Source of the DNA: Opitutales bacterium
GTDB taxonomy: Bacteria; Verrucomicrobiota; Verrucomicrobiia; Opitutales; Coraliomargaritaceae
DNA length: 64,000 nt
Assembly (NCBI GenBank): GCA_049598495.1
Contig: JBMYNR010000001.1
Location: 32,001 to 96,000, forward strand
Reading direction: 5' to 3'
The position numbers and the translations under genes are program-made. Numbering within the stretch: position 1 is the stretch's first letter; each line of letters opens with the position of its first letter. The notes beneath the pieces are model-generated. The model did no database searches. It was not told the origin of the DNA and saw only the letters and a list, made by a program, of their open reading frames with translations. This document shows, one piece after another, positions 40,559 to 51,377 of this stretch.

Positions 40559-41947
40559 GTGCCTCATATGCATCCGGACGACGACTCCCAAACGACACTT
40601 TCAAAATGGCCCTTTGTTCTGGGGGATGTACTCTTGGTGGCGACCTCGCTGGTCATTGCAATCCTTGGTGACTGGCAGCTGACTAACTGGCAGGTCGCCT
40701 CCTGCGTGATCTCAGTGGCATTGGGTGCGGCGCTCTTTGTTTTGCCCTATGTGGTGGAGTTTCAAGTGCGTGTGCGTGAGGAGCGTGAGGATCGCGGAGC
40801 GGAGCTCCGTATCCTTCATCGTCACGTGGCGAACGGGCGTGAGGAACTCGAAGCCGCGGCCGAACGCATCGAAGCGGTTGAGGCCGCCCTCACCAAACTG
40901 GCTCCATCCTGCTCTGATCTCACGGCGCCTTTGGAAGCGCTCGATCAAAAGCTCGAACCTGTGGCTCAGGCGCAGGCCGGTCTCAATAAGAAACTCGAGG
41001 CATTAGAGAAGCAAGTTGACGGGATGTCAGGCACGGTCGAAGCAAAGCCAGACTCAAATGCTCTCAAGCGGCTCGAGACGGATATTGCATCACTTAAAGA
41101 AGAACTCGTCTCACTTTCCGCTCAGCTCGCGGAGCCGGCGTCCGAGGTGAAGGAAGTCGGTGACAAAGCAGCTGAAACGGAGGGGAGCAAGGAAACGAAA
41201 GCGTCGAAAACAAAGCCCGAAAAGCGCGCCCAAAAAACAATCGAACGCCCGACGCGTTCTCCCCGTGAACGACGTGAACCCGAAGCTCGCCTTTTGAAGC
41301 GCGCGATCGACGAGAAACAGGACAACTCCTCGGCTGCTGTTAGCCGAATTATCGAATCGAAGTCCAAAGCGGAGCCCACTCCGGAGGTTACCTCGAAGCG
41401 CCAGCCGGTAACACCGAAGCAAGCGAAGGAGCCGGCAGAGAGATCTCTAAAGCCCACGGAGGAAAAACCGAAATCAAAGCCTCATGCGAATAAGGCACCA
41501 GAGGAGGGAGGCACGGATTCAAAGCCAGCAGCTGATGGGCCAAAGCCAGCCACCCCGGAGGAAGAGAACCCAGCCGTAAAAAAGAAGGCGGTGGAGTCGA
41601 CTCAAGTAAAGGCAGAGCCCGCCCCCGAGGAGGATATGTTTGGCGATACGGTGCTGGCGCAGGTCACGAAACGGGTAAAAACGAAGAAAAGTGATACCGC
41701 AGTGATTGCCTCGGTTTTTATTGGCATCGGCAACAAGCCCTTTGTCCGTGGGAGTGGTGCCGGATTGAATTGGGAGAGCGGAGTCGAGATGGAATTTGAA
41801 GAGATTGGTAAGTGGCGCTGGATCCCTCCGGCCGATCTTGATAGGCCGATTGAGATACAACTCTACCGCAATGACGAGGATGCCGACAGCACGGGCAAGT
41901 ATACACTGGAGCCGGGGCAGCAACTGGACTTGTCGCCGGTATTTTGA
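40559..41947 (+). CDS. Hypothetical membrane-anchored coiled-coil protein with a C-terminal beta domain
   Basis: Two N-terminal TM helices, coiled coil, K/E/P-rich linker, then VFIGIGNKPFVRGSGAGLNW...GKWRW. Start is GTG 40559 or ATG 40568. Confidence 0.8.
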   Translation: MPHMHPDDDSQTTLSKWPFVLGDVLLVATSLVIAILGDWQLTNWQVASCVISVALGAALFVLPYVVEFQVRVREEREDRGAELRILHRHVANGREELEAAAERIEAVEAALTKLAPSCSDLTAPLEALDQKLEPVAQAQAGLNKKLEALEKQVDGMSGTVEAKPDSNALKRLETDIASLKEELVSLSAQLAEPASEVKEVGDKAAETEGSKETKASKTKPEKRAQKTIERPTRSPRERREPEARLLKRAIDEKQDNSSAAVSRIIESKSKAEPTPEVTSKRQPVTPKQAKEPAERSLKPTEEKPKSKPHANKAPEEGGTDSKPAADGPKPATPEEENPAVKKKAVESTQVKAEPAPEEDMFGDTVLAQVTKRVKTKKSDTAVIASVFIGIGNKPFVRGSGAGLNWESGVEMEFEEIGKWRWIPPADLDRPIEIQLYRNDEDADSTGKYTLEPGQQLDLSPVF

Positions 41948-42036
41948 GTTACCGGATGCCAAGTCTGAACGTAGAATAGTGATTCTTGTGACCTACCAGG
42001 CCTAAATGCAATAGGCTCTGGTATGAATATGGTCGT

Positions 42037-42070
42037 AAAAAAAGTCCGGCGGCATTTGCCGACGGACTTT
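42037..42070 (-). terminator. Intrinsic terminator after mdh
   Basis: AAAGTCCG-CGGCA...TGCCG-CGGACTTT stem with a 7-nt T run on the minus strand. Confidence 0.75.
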
Positions 42071-42092
42071 GGAAATTTGATTCGAAGCGAAT

Positions 42093-43076
42093 TTAGAGGA
42101 GATCCTTCACCGCTTCGCGTTCTTCCAACAGCTCCTGCACGGAGGCGTCAAATTTCTCACGGCTGAACTCGTTGAGCTCCACATTCTGAACGATCTCGAT
42201 AGACTGTCCATCGCTGCGGCAGGGGAAGGAGATGATGAGTCCCTCCGGGGTGCCGTAGCTGCCGTCGGAGCAGAGGCACATGCTGAAGGTGTCGCCCGGG
42301 GCGGTTGGAGTGGTCAGGGCACGCACGGAATCGACGATCCCGTTGGCGGCTGATGCGGCGGAAGAGGCGCCGCGGGCCTTGATAATGGCGGCACCACGCT
42401 TTTGCACATCGGGGATAAACGTATCCTTAAGCCATGACTCATCGGCGATGGCTTGAGCGGCAGATTTACCGTCGATCTTTGCGGAATAGAAGTCCGGATA
42501 CTGTGTGGCGGAGTGGTTGCCCCAAATGGTCATGTTGGATACCGCGGTCACATCGACACCAGCCTTCTGTGCGAGTTGTGTTTTGGCACGGTTTTCATCG
42601 AGCATGGTCATTGCGAAGAATCGGTCATTGGGCACACCCTCCGCATTGTTCATGGCGATGAGGCAATTGGTATTGCAGGGATTTCCGACCACGAGGACGC
42701 GGACATCGTCGGCTGCGTTGGCAGCGATTGCTTTACCCTGACCGGTGAATACCTTACCATTGATACCAAGTAGATCGGCGCGCTCCATCCCGTCCTTGCG
42801 GGGAACAGAGCCAACGAGAAGGGCCCAGTTTACATCTTTGAAACCTACGTCGAGATCAGTTGTGGCGACAACATCTTTCAGGAGAGGGAAAGCGCAGTCA
42901 TCGAGCTCCATAACGACGCCCTTGAGCGCGTTGAGAGCCGGAGGAATCTCAATCAGATTTAGTGCAACGGGCTGGTCTGGCCCGAACATGGAACCGGAAG
43001 CGATACGGAAAAGAAGGGCGTAGCCGATGTTGCCGGCGGCACCCGTGACAGCGACTCGTATGGGTTGCTTGCTCAT
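42093..43076 (-). CDS. mdh: Malate dehydrogenase
   Basis: [54 protein letters not shown]. Confidence 0.97.
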   Translation of the reverse strand: MSKQPIRVAVTGAAGNIGYALLFRIASGSMFGPDQPVALNLIEIPPALNALKGVVMELDDCAFPLLKDVVATTDLDVGFKDVNWALLVGSVPRKDGMERADLLGINGKVFTGQGKAIAANAADDVRVLVVGNPCNTNCLIAMNNAEGVPNDRFFAMTMLDENRAKTQLAQKAGVDVTAVSNMTIWGNHSATQYPDFYSAKIDGKSAAQAIADESWLKDTFIPDVQKRGAAIIKARGASSAASAANGIVDSVRALTTPTAPGDTFSMCLCSDGSYGTPEGLIISFPCRSDGQSIEIVQNVELNEFSREKFDASVQELLEEREAVKDLL

Positions 43077-43088
43077 GATTTTATGTAG

Positions 43089-43120
43089 GTTGAGTAGTTG
43101 AGTGGTTGAGTAGTTGAGTG
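43089..43120. repeat. 8-bp tandem repeat x4
   Basis: GTTGAGTA GTTGAGTG GTTGAGTA GTTGAGTG just upstream of mdh. Confidence 0.85.
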
Positions 43121-43186
43121 GGTGCTGGGAAGAGTCAAACGGGAAGCGCGTGCGGGAGCTTGAAAGAAGCGCTCCTTTTGGGTGTT

Positions 43187-44239
43187 TTAAGCAAAAAGCG
43201 GCTCAAGGTCTTTGTAACCCTTCCGAATCATCGCCTCGGTGGTATCCCAGTCAATACAGCCGTCGGTGATGGAGACGCCATATTTCAGGTCTTCGATCGG
43301 TTGAGGAAAGGATTGGTTGCCGAAATTCAGATTACTCTCGACCATGGCGCCGATCACGCTCGAGTCGACTAGGCTTTGGCGTACGATTTCGGCAAATACC
43401 GCGGGTTGGCGCTCGGGGTCCTTATCGCTGTTCGCGTGGCTGCAGTCAGTCATGATGGCAGGTGTGAGGCCCGCCGCATCGAGTCGTTTGCGGGCTTCTG
43501 CGACGTCGTCAGCACCGTAGTTAGGGCCGTTGGAGCCGCCACGGAGAACAACGTGGCAGTGCGGGTTGCCCTTTGTGGTGAGCGCGTTGGCGCGTCCCTC
43601 GTTGTCGATTCCGAGAAAAGTTTGTGGCTGAGAAGCAGCCTTGATTGCATTGATTGCTACAGTCAGTCCTCCGTCGGTGCCGTTTTTGAAGCCGAGAGGC
43701 ATGGATAGACCCGAGGCCATTTGGCGATGAGTCTGGCTCTCTGTTGTGCGTGCGCCGATCGCCGACCAGCTCACAAGATCTGCAATGTACTGCGGTGTGA
43801 TCGGGTCGAGCAGTTCAGTGGCAGTTGGTAGGCCCAGTTCGATTATATCGAGCAGGAAGCGCCGGGCGATGCGCAGACCCTCTGGGATGTCACTGGTGCC
43901 GTCGAGTTTGGGATCCATGATCAGGCCCTTCCAGCCAACCGTCGTGCGTGGCTTCTCAAAGTAGACACGCATGACGATGAGCATGCGATCTTCCACTTCC
44001 TTCGCTAGTTTGGCCAAGTTCGCTGCGTATTCATGGCCCGCCTTTAAATCATGAATGGAGCATGGCCCTACGACAACGAGTAGACGGCGATCCTTACCAA
44101 AGATAATCTCGTTAATTGCCTCGCGGCTCTCGGCTACAAATTTGTCAGCTGACTCGGTTTTTTCGATCTCCTTGCATAGTTCGACAGGCGAAGGGAGTCG
44201 CGTTTTTGAGGTGATGTTTATGTCGGTGACTTTTTTCAC
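43187..44239 (-). CDS. DAHP synthase, class I-alpha (AroG/AroF family)
   Basis: [53 protein letters not shown]. Confidence 0.96.
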   Translation of the reverse strand: MKKVTDINITSKTRLPSPVELCKEIEKTESADKFVAESREAINEIIFGKDRRLLVVVGPCSIHDLKAGHEYAANLAKLAKEVEDRMLIVMRVYFEKPRTTVGWKGLIMDPKLDGTSDIPEGLRIARRFLLDIIELGLPTATELLDPITPQYIADLVSWSAIGARTTESQTHRQMASGLSMPLGFKNGTDGGLTVAINAIKAASQPQTFLGIDNEGRANALTTKGNPHCHVVLRGGSNGPNYGADDVAEARKRLDAAGLTPAIMTDCSHANSDKDPERQPAVFAEIVRQSLVDSSVIGAMVESNLNFGNQSFPQPIEDLKYGVSITDGCIDWDTTEAMIRKGYKDLEPLFA

Positions 44240-44333
44240 GGGCGGGATGTGTAGAGAAGCTTTCTATTCGTAACAAGCCCAAAGGGGTAAAACGGGTGCT
44301 AGAGGGTGGCAGTGCGGATGCGGGGAGCATTTT

Positions 44334-44440
44334 GTAGAACGCTGGCGGGAGCCAGTGTTCTGATGCGTAGCACTGGGGTTTCATATGAATTCGATCGATT
44401 GCCCTCGATACTGACAACGGCTGTCGCCGTCGTGCTACAT
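44334..44440 (+). repeat. GTAG-type REP doublet (family A)
   Basis: GTAGAACGCTGGC-GGGA-GCCAGTGTT ... ACAACGGCTGTCGCCGTCGTGCTAC. Compensatory stem change relative to the 3200 copy. Confidence 0.75.
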
Positions 44441-44533
44441 TTTGGGCAGGGAAAGCTTGGATGGGTCGAACGATACAGAGCGACTTGCGAGATACGGGTT
44501 GAAACTTTTCTGCGGTCATCTACCTCTACACGA

Positions 44534-45445
44534 ATGGACCCTGCGAAAAGCTATTTCCAATATGAAAGTAATGCCCATCTACTGGTGGCGGGAGAGGATG
44601 CGGCTGATTTTCTTCAAAGTCAGTTCACGAATGATCTGCGTCCCTTCGAGGCAGGACGTTGCACCTACGGACTCTGGTTGGACGTGAAGGGAAAAGTATT
44701 GGGTGATAGTATCCTCCTCAGTGAGGGTGAGGAGCGGTTCCGTATTTTGTCAGAGCGGAGTAACGAGGAGCGCATTTGCTCGCATTTGGAGAAGCATATC
44801 ATTGCTGACGATGTCGTGATTGAAGTCTGCCCATCGGTGAAGGTGTTTGAGTTTCTCCAGGTTGCGGTCGGAGCGCTCGATTGGGAGCTTCCTGAATTCG
44901 GCCACTCTCTCGAAAATGAATTCGGGCTATTCGCTCAGGTGAGACCAGGTATTTTTCAGCTGATCGTGAGTGAGGAGGATAAGCTTGAAGCCGTGGAGCT
45001 GGATTTGGAGCAGGCCGGACTTTACGGGCAAGACGCCCGAGAGCGCGGGCTCATTCGCATCGGGATCGGCCTCCCGCAGGTTCCTGAAGAAATTGGCGAA
45101 GGAGACCTCCCCGGCGAGGGTGAGTTGGAAAGCGATGCGATCTCGTTTACAAAAGGTTGCTATCTCGGTCAGGAGGTTGTCGCTCGTATGCATAACATCG
45201 GGAAGCCGCAGCGCCGACTCTTTGAGCTATCCGGTCCGGGGGAGGTGCCTCCATTGCCCCTCATATTATACAATAGCGAGATGAAACAAATCGGTGAACT
45301 GCGCACTGCCTATGCCGACGGTGACGCATGGCGCGGTGTCGGGATCTTGAAGACGCGCTTCTCGCAAGTGGGCGAATGTCTTCAAAACAAAACGATTCAG
45401 GCAACCGTTATTAAGCCGCTTCGAGAAGGAGGCCATGATGAGTGA
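44534..45445 (+). CDS. ygfZ: Folate-binding Fe-S repair protein YgfZ/GcvT-like
   Basis: GEDAADFLQSQFTND and signature KGCYLGQEVVAR. ATG at 44534. Confidence 0.88.
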   Translation: MDPAKSYFQYESNAHLLVAGEDAADFLQSQFTNDLRPFEAGRCTYGLWLDVKGKVLGDSILLSEGEERFRILSERSNEERICSHLEKHIIADDVVIEVCPSVKVFEFLQVAVGALDWELPEFGHSLENEFGLFAQVRPGIFQLIVSEEDKLEAVELDLEQAGLYGQDARERGLIRIGIGLPQVPEEIGEGDLPGEGELESDAISFTKGCYLGQEVVARMHNIGKPQRRLFELSGPGEVPPLPLILYNSEMKQIGELRTAYADGDAWRGVGILKTRFSQVGECLQNKTIQATVIKPLREGGHDE

Positions 45446-45638
45446 TTTGAATGATGATTACGCCAACGAAGTGGCCTGTATATTCGTGAATCTGGGAGCA
45501 CCCGAAGAACAGGCCCAAGTCATGTCTTCGCAACTCTTGAAACGTGCGCAACAAATTTCTGAAGCGCGTGGTATTTCCAAAGTTGAAGCGGCCGAGAGCC
45601 TCTTGAAACAGGTGATTGCAGCACGGCAGGGCGTTTGA
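45435..45638 (+). CDS. Small hypothetical protein
   Basis: 67 aa, helical, AGGAGG RBS, overlaps the ygfZ stop. Confidence 0.7.
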   Translation: MMSDLNDDYANEVACIFVNLGAPEEQAQVMSSQLLKRAQQISEARGISKVEAAESLLKQVIAARQGV

Positions 45639-45793
45639 AGTCGCTCTGAGAGAGGTTTCGAGTTCATGTCGAGTCTGAAAACCTGAAAAAATAGGGGGTT
45701 CAGGGCCGATTTTAGGTTGACGCTAACAATCGCTCATTCTCTTATCAGCGACGGTCATAAGGCCAATAAACCTCAACAAAATAATAAGAATAT

Positions 45794-46069
45794 ATGAACA
45801 AAGCAGGACTCGTTGCAGAAGTACAAAAGTCACTCGGTGCTGACACCTCCAAAGCAGCCGCAGAGCGTGCCATCGAAGCCGTTCTCGAGGGCATCAAAAA
45901 GGGTGTTAAGAAGGACAAAAATGTTCAACTCATCGGCTTCGGTACTTTCTCAGTAACTAAGCGTGCCGCACGCACCGGCATCAATCCACAGACTCGCGAG
46001 AAGATTAAGATCAAGGCTTCCAAGGCTGTGAAGTTCAAGGCGGGTGCCGGTCTCAAAGCAGTTCTCTAA
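45794..46069 (+). CDS. hup: DNA-binding protein HU
   Basis: MNKAGLV, VQLIGFGTF, RAARTGINPQT, FKAGAGLK. Confidence 0.96.
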   Translation: MNKAGLVAEVQKSLGADTSKAAAERAIEAVLEGIKKGVKKDKNVQLIGFGTFSVTKRAARTGINPQTREKIKIKASKAVKFKAGAGLKAVL

Positions 46070-46091
46070 GAGCTTACCCCTATACAATTCG

Positions 46092-46128
46092 AAACCCGCA
46101 GTCTCCCGAGTAGGAGCTGCGGGTTTTT
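46092..46128 (+). terminator. Intrinsic terminator after hup
   Basis: AAACCCGCAG-CTCC...GGAG-CTGCGGGTTTTT. Confidence 0.8.
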
Positions 46129-46306
46129 GGTTTTTGCAATGTGCACTAAAAAAGGAGCTTAGCACGACGACGATCCTCGTTGTGGGCACTCGGCTAGCGG
46201 CGAAGCATCGACTGACGTCCGCGTTCGATAGGAAGAATGGTTCCTCGGCAAAGCGAGGGGAAGGATCGATCGTCTTTTTTTTCAGCAAACGGCCTTAGCA
46301 AGCTAA

Positions 46307-46547
46307 CCCGAATATTGCACCAGTTTGTTGCTGTCGTTCTTTATCTTGTTACGGGATGGCTACTTGCGAGTTTTCTTCAAAAACTCGTCGTGTCACAAAA
46401 GTGACAGCAACAAACTTTGAGTCCAGAAGCGTCCCTGGCTGTGTTCCGAGCGCGTAACCCACTTAGTCACGCACTTCAGTGCGCTCCTGCGTGGAACACG
46501 GCTCGCGCCTTGCCAAAGCCAATTCTGGATCTCATGCAATAAGCGGG
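46307..46547. mobile_element. 241-bp MITE, copy 2
   Basis: Same TIRs as 3365-3605, with CTAA direct repeats at 46303-46306 and 46548-46551. Confidence 0.85.
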
Positions 46548-46576
46548 CTAAGGCCCTGCAAAATGATTGTTTTCCT

Positions 46577-46634
46577 AGGGCTCGACCGCCTGACTCGGCG
46601 TAGCTCGGCGAGCGAAGACGGTTGGTCAATGCCG
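46577..46634 (+). repeat. 58-bp composite repeat, copy 2
   Basis: AGGGCTCGACCGC[CTGACTCGGCGTAGCTCGGCGAGCGAAGACGGT]TGGTCAATGCCG. Confidence 0.75.
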
Positions 46635-46808
46635 CGTCGGCTATGCAATCGAATTATTCCCCGGAAAATGACGATAAACACGAAAAATGCACCGCAGGTA
46701 GAAGTGGACACCGCTAGAAAATACCCGCCTTTGCGGTTGCCAGCCACTTAAAAGGCCACCTTATTGAAATCTTTTTTTGAGATTCACACGACCTTTAAGG
46801 ACAAGATT

Positions 46809-48233
46809 ATGGGTAAAAGTTTATTCGAGAAAGTATGGGACGCGCACTCCGTTCGGCAGTTGGCCAATGGGCAGACGCAGTTGTTAATCGGGACGCACTT
46901 GATTCATGAGGTGACGAGCCCTCAGGCCTTCGGGATGCTTCGCGATAAGGGCTTACAGGTGAAATATCCCCACCGCACCTTCGCTACAGTGGATCACATT
47001 GTGCCAACAAATGAGACGGTCGAGCCCTACAGTGATCCGCTCGCGCAGGGGATGATCGAGGAGCTCCGTAAGAACTGTGAGGAGAACAACGTGACTTTCT
47101 TTGACACCAATACCGGGCGCCAGGGCATTGTTCATATTGTCGGGCCGGAGCAGGGAATTACCCAACCGGGAACCACCATCGCATGTGGTGATTCGCATAC
47201 ATCGACCCACGGAGCCTTTGGGGCGATTGCCTTTGGTATCGGAACCAGTCAGGTTCGTGATGTGCTTGCGACTCAGACCATCGCTTTGAACGAGTTGAAA
47301 GTACGTCGCATCAATGTTGACGGTGAACTTCGACCGGGCGTCTATGCAAAGGACGTGATTCTGCACATCATCCGGCTTCTCGGAACACAGGGTGGTACCG
47401 GATTCGCCTACGAATATGCCGGCTCTGTCTTTGATGGTTTCACAATGGAGGAGCGGATGACAGTCTGTAACATGTCGATTGAGGGGGGTGCTCGCGTAGG
47501 TTACGTGAATCCTGACGAGACCACTTTCGAATACCTAAAGGGCCGTCCCTACGCACCCAAGGGTGAGGCGTGGGATTCTGCAGTTGAGCGGTGGCGTTCC
47601 TTCGCTTCGGATGCGGATTGCAGCTATGATGATGTGGTGAATATCGATGCGAGTGAGATCGAACCGACTGTCACTTGGGGGATTACTCCAGGTCAAGGTG
47701 TCGGTATCAATGAGATGATTCCTGCGGAGGCCGATGGCGATACCCAGTCTGATCGCGTAGCGATTGCTGAGGCACTTGAGCACATGAAGTTCGAGGGTGG
47801 TTCGCCGGTCAAGGGCAAGAAGATCGATGTCGCTTTCATCGGTTCCTGCACAAATGGTCGTCTTTCTGATCTCAAGGAAGTCGCCAAATATGTTAAAGGC
47901 CGCAAGGTGGCTGAGGGTGTTCAAGGGATTGTGGTTCCCGGTTCTCAGGTAGTCGCCAAAATCGCCGAGGAGCTCGGTCTGGACAAAACCTTCATCGAGG
48001 CCGGCTTCGAATGGCGGGCAGCGGGTTGCTCCATGTGCCTGGCTATGAATCCTGACAAGTTAGTTGGCGATCAGCTGTGTGCGAGCTCGTCAAATCGTAA
48101 TTTTAAGGGCCGTCAAGGCTCGCCCACTGGGCGCACGATGTTGATGAGCCCTCTGATGGTGGCTGCGGCTGCAGTGACCGGTGAGGTCTCTGATGCACGT
48201 GAGGTCTTTGGCTTCGCCCCCGTCGTTGCATAA
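46809..48233 (+). CDS. leuC: 3-isopropylmalate dehydratase large subunit
   Basis: [53 protein letters not shown]. Confidence 0.98.
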   Translation: MGKSLFEKVWDAHSVRQLANGQTQLLIGTHLIHEVTSPQAFGMLRDKGLQVKYPHRTFATVDHIVPTNETVEPYSDPLAQGMIEELRKNCEENNVTFFDTNTGRQGIVHIVGPEQGITQPGTTIACGDSHTSTHGAFGAIAFGIGTSQVRDVLATQTIALNELKVRRINVDGELRPGVYAKDVILHIIRLLGTQGGTGFAYEYAGSVFDGFTMEERMTVCNMSIEGGARVGYVNPDETTFEYLKGRPYAPKGEAWDSAVERWRSFASDADCSYDDVVNIDASEIEPTVTWGITPGQGVGINEMIPAEADGDTQSDRVAIAEALEHMKFEGGSPVKGKKIDVAFIGSCTNGRLSDLKEVAKYVKGRKVAEGVQGIVVPGSQVVAKIAEELGLDKTFIEAGFEWRAAGCSMCLAMNPDKLVGDQLCASSSNRNFKGRQGSPTGRTMLMSPLMVAAAAVTGEVSDAREVFGFAPVVA

Positions 48234-48278
48234 ATACTCTCTTCCTTCTTAAATCATAATTTTTAAATTTCGCTAACA

Positions 48279-48881
48279 ATGGCATCCACACCAATCAATC
48301 AAGTCACAGGTAAGGGCGTTTATGTGCCTGGTGACGATATCGACACAGATCGCATCATCCCCGCACGCTTCATGAAGTGTATCACCTTCGATGGTCTGGG
48401 AGAGTATCTTTTTTACGACGTTCGCAAGACCGAGGGTGGCGAAGACAAGGAGCACAACCTCAATGATCCACGTTTCTCCGGCGCCAACATCATCCTAAGT
48501 GGAAATAATTTCGGCTGTGGCAGTTCGCGAGAGCATGCTCCGCAGTCCATTCTGCGTGCGGGTTTCAATGCGGTTATCGCGGGTAGCTTTGCCGAGATAT
48601 TTTTTGGCAATTCCACCAACCTCGGGATTGTCTGTGTGACTGCAAGTGATGAAGATCGCGCCAGGATCGCCGATGCCATCGAAGCGGAGCCGGGCTTAGA
48701 GATCGTGATTGACGTCGAGGATCAAGAGATCCGCTTCGATAAGCAGTCGATTCCCTGCGCGATCAAGCCCGGTGCACGCGACAGTCTCCTTAGAGGTTCT
48801 TACGATCCTCTCGACGAGCTGCTGGAAGGTGCCGGCGAGGTGGCCTCCGTGGCCGGCAACCTGGCTTATATGGAGGGGTGA
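48279..48881 (+). CDS. leuD: 3-isopropylmalate dehydratase small subunit
   Basis: DIDTDRIIPARF, NFGCGSSREHAP, SFAEIFFGN. Confidence 0.97.
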   Translation: MASTPINQVTGKGVYVPGDDIDTDRIIPARFMKCITFDGLGEYLFYDVRKTEGGEDKEHNLNDPRFSGANIILSGNNFGCGSSREHAPQSILRAGFNAVIAGSFAEIFFGNSTNLGIVCVTASDEDRARIADAIEAEPGLEIVIDVEDQEIRFDKQSIPCAIKPGARDSLLRGSYDPLDELLEGAGEVASVAGNLAYMEG

Positions 48882-48961
48882 TATTCCCGGGATACATGCC
48901 GCGCTAGCGAGTCTTTTGGAAGTATCTCCTTTTCTTCAGACCCATTCTGAATTTTTCTTTT

Positions 48962-49522
48962 ATGGATATTCTCACAAATGCAGGGGTCTTTTTTTACCCG
49001 CTTGCGCTCTGCTCGTTCATCGCGGTTTTCATCACCATTGAGCGTTTGATCGCTCTGCGAAACTCACGGGTCGTCCCCGCCACAGTCGTGAGGGCCTTCG
49101 TTTCGGGCGAATTTGGGAGCATTCCCCCTGAGTTGACTACGGTAGCCGGGCGTATCGCGGGCTTCTACCAAACCCGCCAGCCGGATGCCGCTGCGCTGAA
49201 GGCGTATGCCCGTTTGGAAGTCAGCCGTATGGAGCGTGGTGTCTTCCTACTCGAGGTTGTTATCGGGGTGGCACCGCTACTCGGCCTGCTTGGCACCGTA
49301 ACCGGATTGACTCAGGTATTTGGCGGGTTTTCCGCGGAGACCGGACTGCCCGACCCTGCGGCTTTTATCACCGGTATCGCCTTGGCTTTGAACACCACGA
49401 TTTTGGGCCTCGCCATAGCGATCCCTAGCTTGGCGGCGCACGCCTATCTCCTTCGTCGGGTTGAGTCGTTGGCGGCACGCATCGCTCTTGGTGTCGAGGC
49501 AATTCTCGAAACGGATTCCTGA
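48962..49522 (+). CDS. MotA/TolQ/ExbB proton channel protein
   Basis: APLLGLLGTVTG, GIALALNTTILGLAIAIPS. Confidence 0.92.
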   Translation: MDILTNAGVFFYPLALCSFIAVFITIERLIALRNSRVVPATVVRAFVSGEFGSIPPELTTVAGRIAGFYQTRQPDAAALKAYARLEVSRMERGVFLLEVVIGVAPLLGLLGTVTGLTQVFGGFSAETGLPDPAAFITGIALALNTTILGLAIAIPSLAAHAYLLRRVESLAARIALGVEAILETDS

Positions 49523-49929
49523 TGGACGGAAGCTCCGAGCTGATCAGCCGGCGCAGACGGCAACCATCGATCAACATTGTTCCTTTGGTCGATGTGCTTA
49601 CGGTGTTGCTGTTCTTCTTCCTTGTGACGATGCAGTTCAAGCAGGTGAGCACCTTGAATATCACCGTTCCGAAGATCGAGACAGCGGGAGAGAACGAAAT
49701 TCAGGAACAGATTGTGATTGCGCTTAGTCCCGAGGGACAGATCTACCTCAATGATCGGCTGGTCGAGAAAGTACCCTTTGAGGCGGCGATGAAGCTGGCT
49801 GGGGAACTGACGCCGGATCTTCCGATTCTCCTGATTGCTGATGAGGAGGTGCCGCTGAAGTATGTGACCGAGGTGATGGACGTGTGTAGAAAGCACCAGA
49901 TGAATAAGATTCGCCTGCAGTCGCGTTAG
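49522..49929 (+). CDS. ExbD/TolR biopolymer transport protein
   Basis: [27 protein letters not shown]. Confidence 0.92.
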   Translation: MDGSSELISRRRRQPSINIVPLVDVLTVLLFFFLVTMQFKQVSTLNITVPKIETAGENEIQEQIVIALSPEGQIYLNDRLVEKVPFEAAMKLAGELTPDLPILLIADEEVPLKYVTEVMDVCRKHQMNKIRLQSR

Positions 49930-50657
49930 ATCGGTCTGCGTATCCTGTGGCGATATTTCTTGGCGAGGGCTTCGTTGTGTTCGGCCCCGCCGTCGGCATT
50001 CTGGCTCACATAGGTGGGTGGCGTCACACCCATTGCAATCAGGCTCTCAATAATCTCCATGGAGAGGAGATTCAGGAGAAGCGCGCCAGTCATGGTCGAG
50101 GTCGGGCCCACCTTATAGGCAAATCCAGGGGCTTCGATCGAGGCGTCGCCGGGCAAGCCTCCGTTGTCGAGGACCAAGTCCGCAAGTTCGTATAGCTTCT
50201 TTCCGGATGGATGACGCGAACTGGTCGATTTCGACATCGCGAGAGAAGTCATCGCGATTACCTTGAGGCCTGAGTCCCGTGCCTGCATGGCTACTTCAAT
50301 CGGGCTGGCGTTGCGCCCCGAGTTGGAAATGACGAGTATGACATCGCTTGGTTGAACGGCATACTGATAGGTGTAGCGTTGAAAAAGTCGGGCCCCGTAG
50401 CCCGGAATCTGCTCGGGCCAGCCATCCGCAGGATCGTTGATGCTGCTGACGGGGACCAGACCGCCGGCACGCCGCTCGATCTCTGTTGCTAGAATCTGAG
50501 AGTGACCACTTCCGAAGCTGTGCAGGACCCCTCCTGCGGCAATTGAATCGGCAATCATCTTGCCTGCGGCTCTCAGGGTGTCTGCATTATCCGCGTAGAC
50601 CTTGTCCTGAAGCATATTCGAGGTGTCGAAGAACTTTTGTGCGAGAGACATGTTCAT
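49926..50657 (-). CDS. SIS-domain (sugar isomerase) protein
   Basis: [28 protein letters not shown]. Confidence 0.88.
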   Translation of the reverse strand: MNMSLAQKFFDTSNMLQDKVYADNADTLRAAGKMIADSIAAGGVLHSFGSGHSQILATEIERRAGGLVPVSSINDPADGWPEQIPGYGARLFQRYTYQYAVQPSDVILVISNSGRNASPIEVAMQARDSGLKVIAMTSLAMSKSTSSRHPSGKKLYELADLVLDNGGLPGDASIEAPGFAYKVGPTSTMTGALLLNLLSMEIIESLIAMGVTPPTYVSQNADGGAEHNEALAKKYRHRIRRPI

Positions 50658-50676
50658 ACTTTCTATTTGAACGATA

Positions 50677-50748
50677 GGTAGGGACGGTTGCCCTCAGCCG
50701 TCCGAATTGTGTTCTCCTGCGGACGCCTGAGGGCAGGCGTCCCTGCCT
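50677..50748. repeat. GTAG-type REP doublet
   Basis: GTAGGGACGGTTGCCCTCAGCCGTCCG ... CGGACGCCTGAGGGCAGGCGTCCCTGCC. Confidence 0.75.
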
Positions 50749-50750
50749 TC

Positions 50751-51377
50751 TTATTTTTTAGGCAGGATGACGCGTCTACGCGGGACGACCTGATTACGAT
50801 TCGTGCTGTTCTTATTGCTGTTCAAGGAATTGGGCGGCGCAATGGCGGGCAGCGTCTTAGGAGACGCGATGGTGACTGAGCTTGCCACCGGAAGGGGGGC
50901 TTGGGTCGCACGCGTGAGACTTAAACGCTCGGATCGCCCGCTTTTTGTGAGCGTGATACTCTGCGAGTCCGCGTCGTAGCCACCTACGACCATACCATCC
51001 TCCATGGAGTTCTCCTTAAGCCAATAGCTGCGCTGTTCTCTCTTGTTGAAAATACTGAACTGTTTGATCCCGTCGAGCTCGGCAAGGCCTCGGAATTCAA
51101 GCTCACGGGCGATTGGGCCATTGGTCGAAACCACCGGTCTGGGTGGTTCCGAGCTTTTTACCCCATAATCAGCTGGCAAGAATGGGTTCTTGCTCTCGAG
51201 CGTGGCCGCACCGAGTAACGCCACACTCGTAAGAGTGAAAGTGAGGGTGAACGTGTAAGTGAGTCCGCGCAGCGAGCGCAGGGGCGTTGTTCGCGACGCC
51301 CGCGAACTGGAGACAGTGCTTCGGCGGGCGCGACAAGCCAAGCCCCTAGGGATGGACTCTGTAAGCAATTGAACCAT
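50751..51377 (-). CDS. T2SS-associated protein (GspC/PilP-like) with a REP-derived N-terminal insert
   Basis: TAATG-coupled to gspD. NPF motif, LEFRG...FSIFN...WLKE...YD...ITL resembles the GspC HR/PilP fold. Ends RRRVILP. Confidence 0.7.
   Translation of the reverse strand: MVQLLTESIPRGLACRARRSTVSSSRASRTTPLRSLRGLTYTFTLTFTLTSVALLGAATLESKNPFLPADYGVKSSEPPRPVVSTNGPIARELEFRGLAELDGIKQFSIFNKREQRSYWLKENSMEDGMVVGGYDADSQSITLTKSGRSERLSLTRATQAPLPVASSVTIASPKTLPAIAPPNSLNSNKNSTNRNQVVPRRRVILPKK
51278..51349. repeat. Intragenic degenerate REP doublet, 72 bp
   Basis: GCAGGGGCGTTGTTCGCGACGCCCGC ... GCGGGCGCGACAAGCCAAGCCCCTAG. Confidence 0.7.

Noticed and set aside
44306..44533. 76-aa N-terminal extension of ygfZ through a REP doublet
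   Set aside because: No translational coupling or RBS supports the GTG, it lies in a divergent promoter gap, and ATG 44534 fits the family start.
46070..46808. Leucine attenuator leader upstream of leuC
   Set aside because: No short Leu-rich leader peptide with a terminator was found. The region is occupied by the hup terminator, the MITE and REPs.
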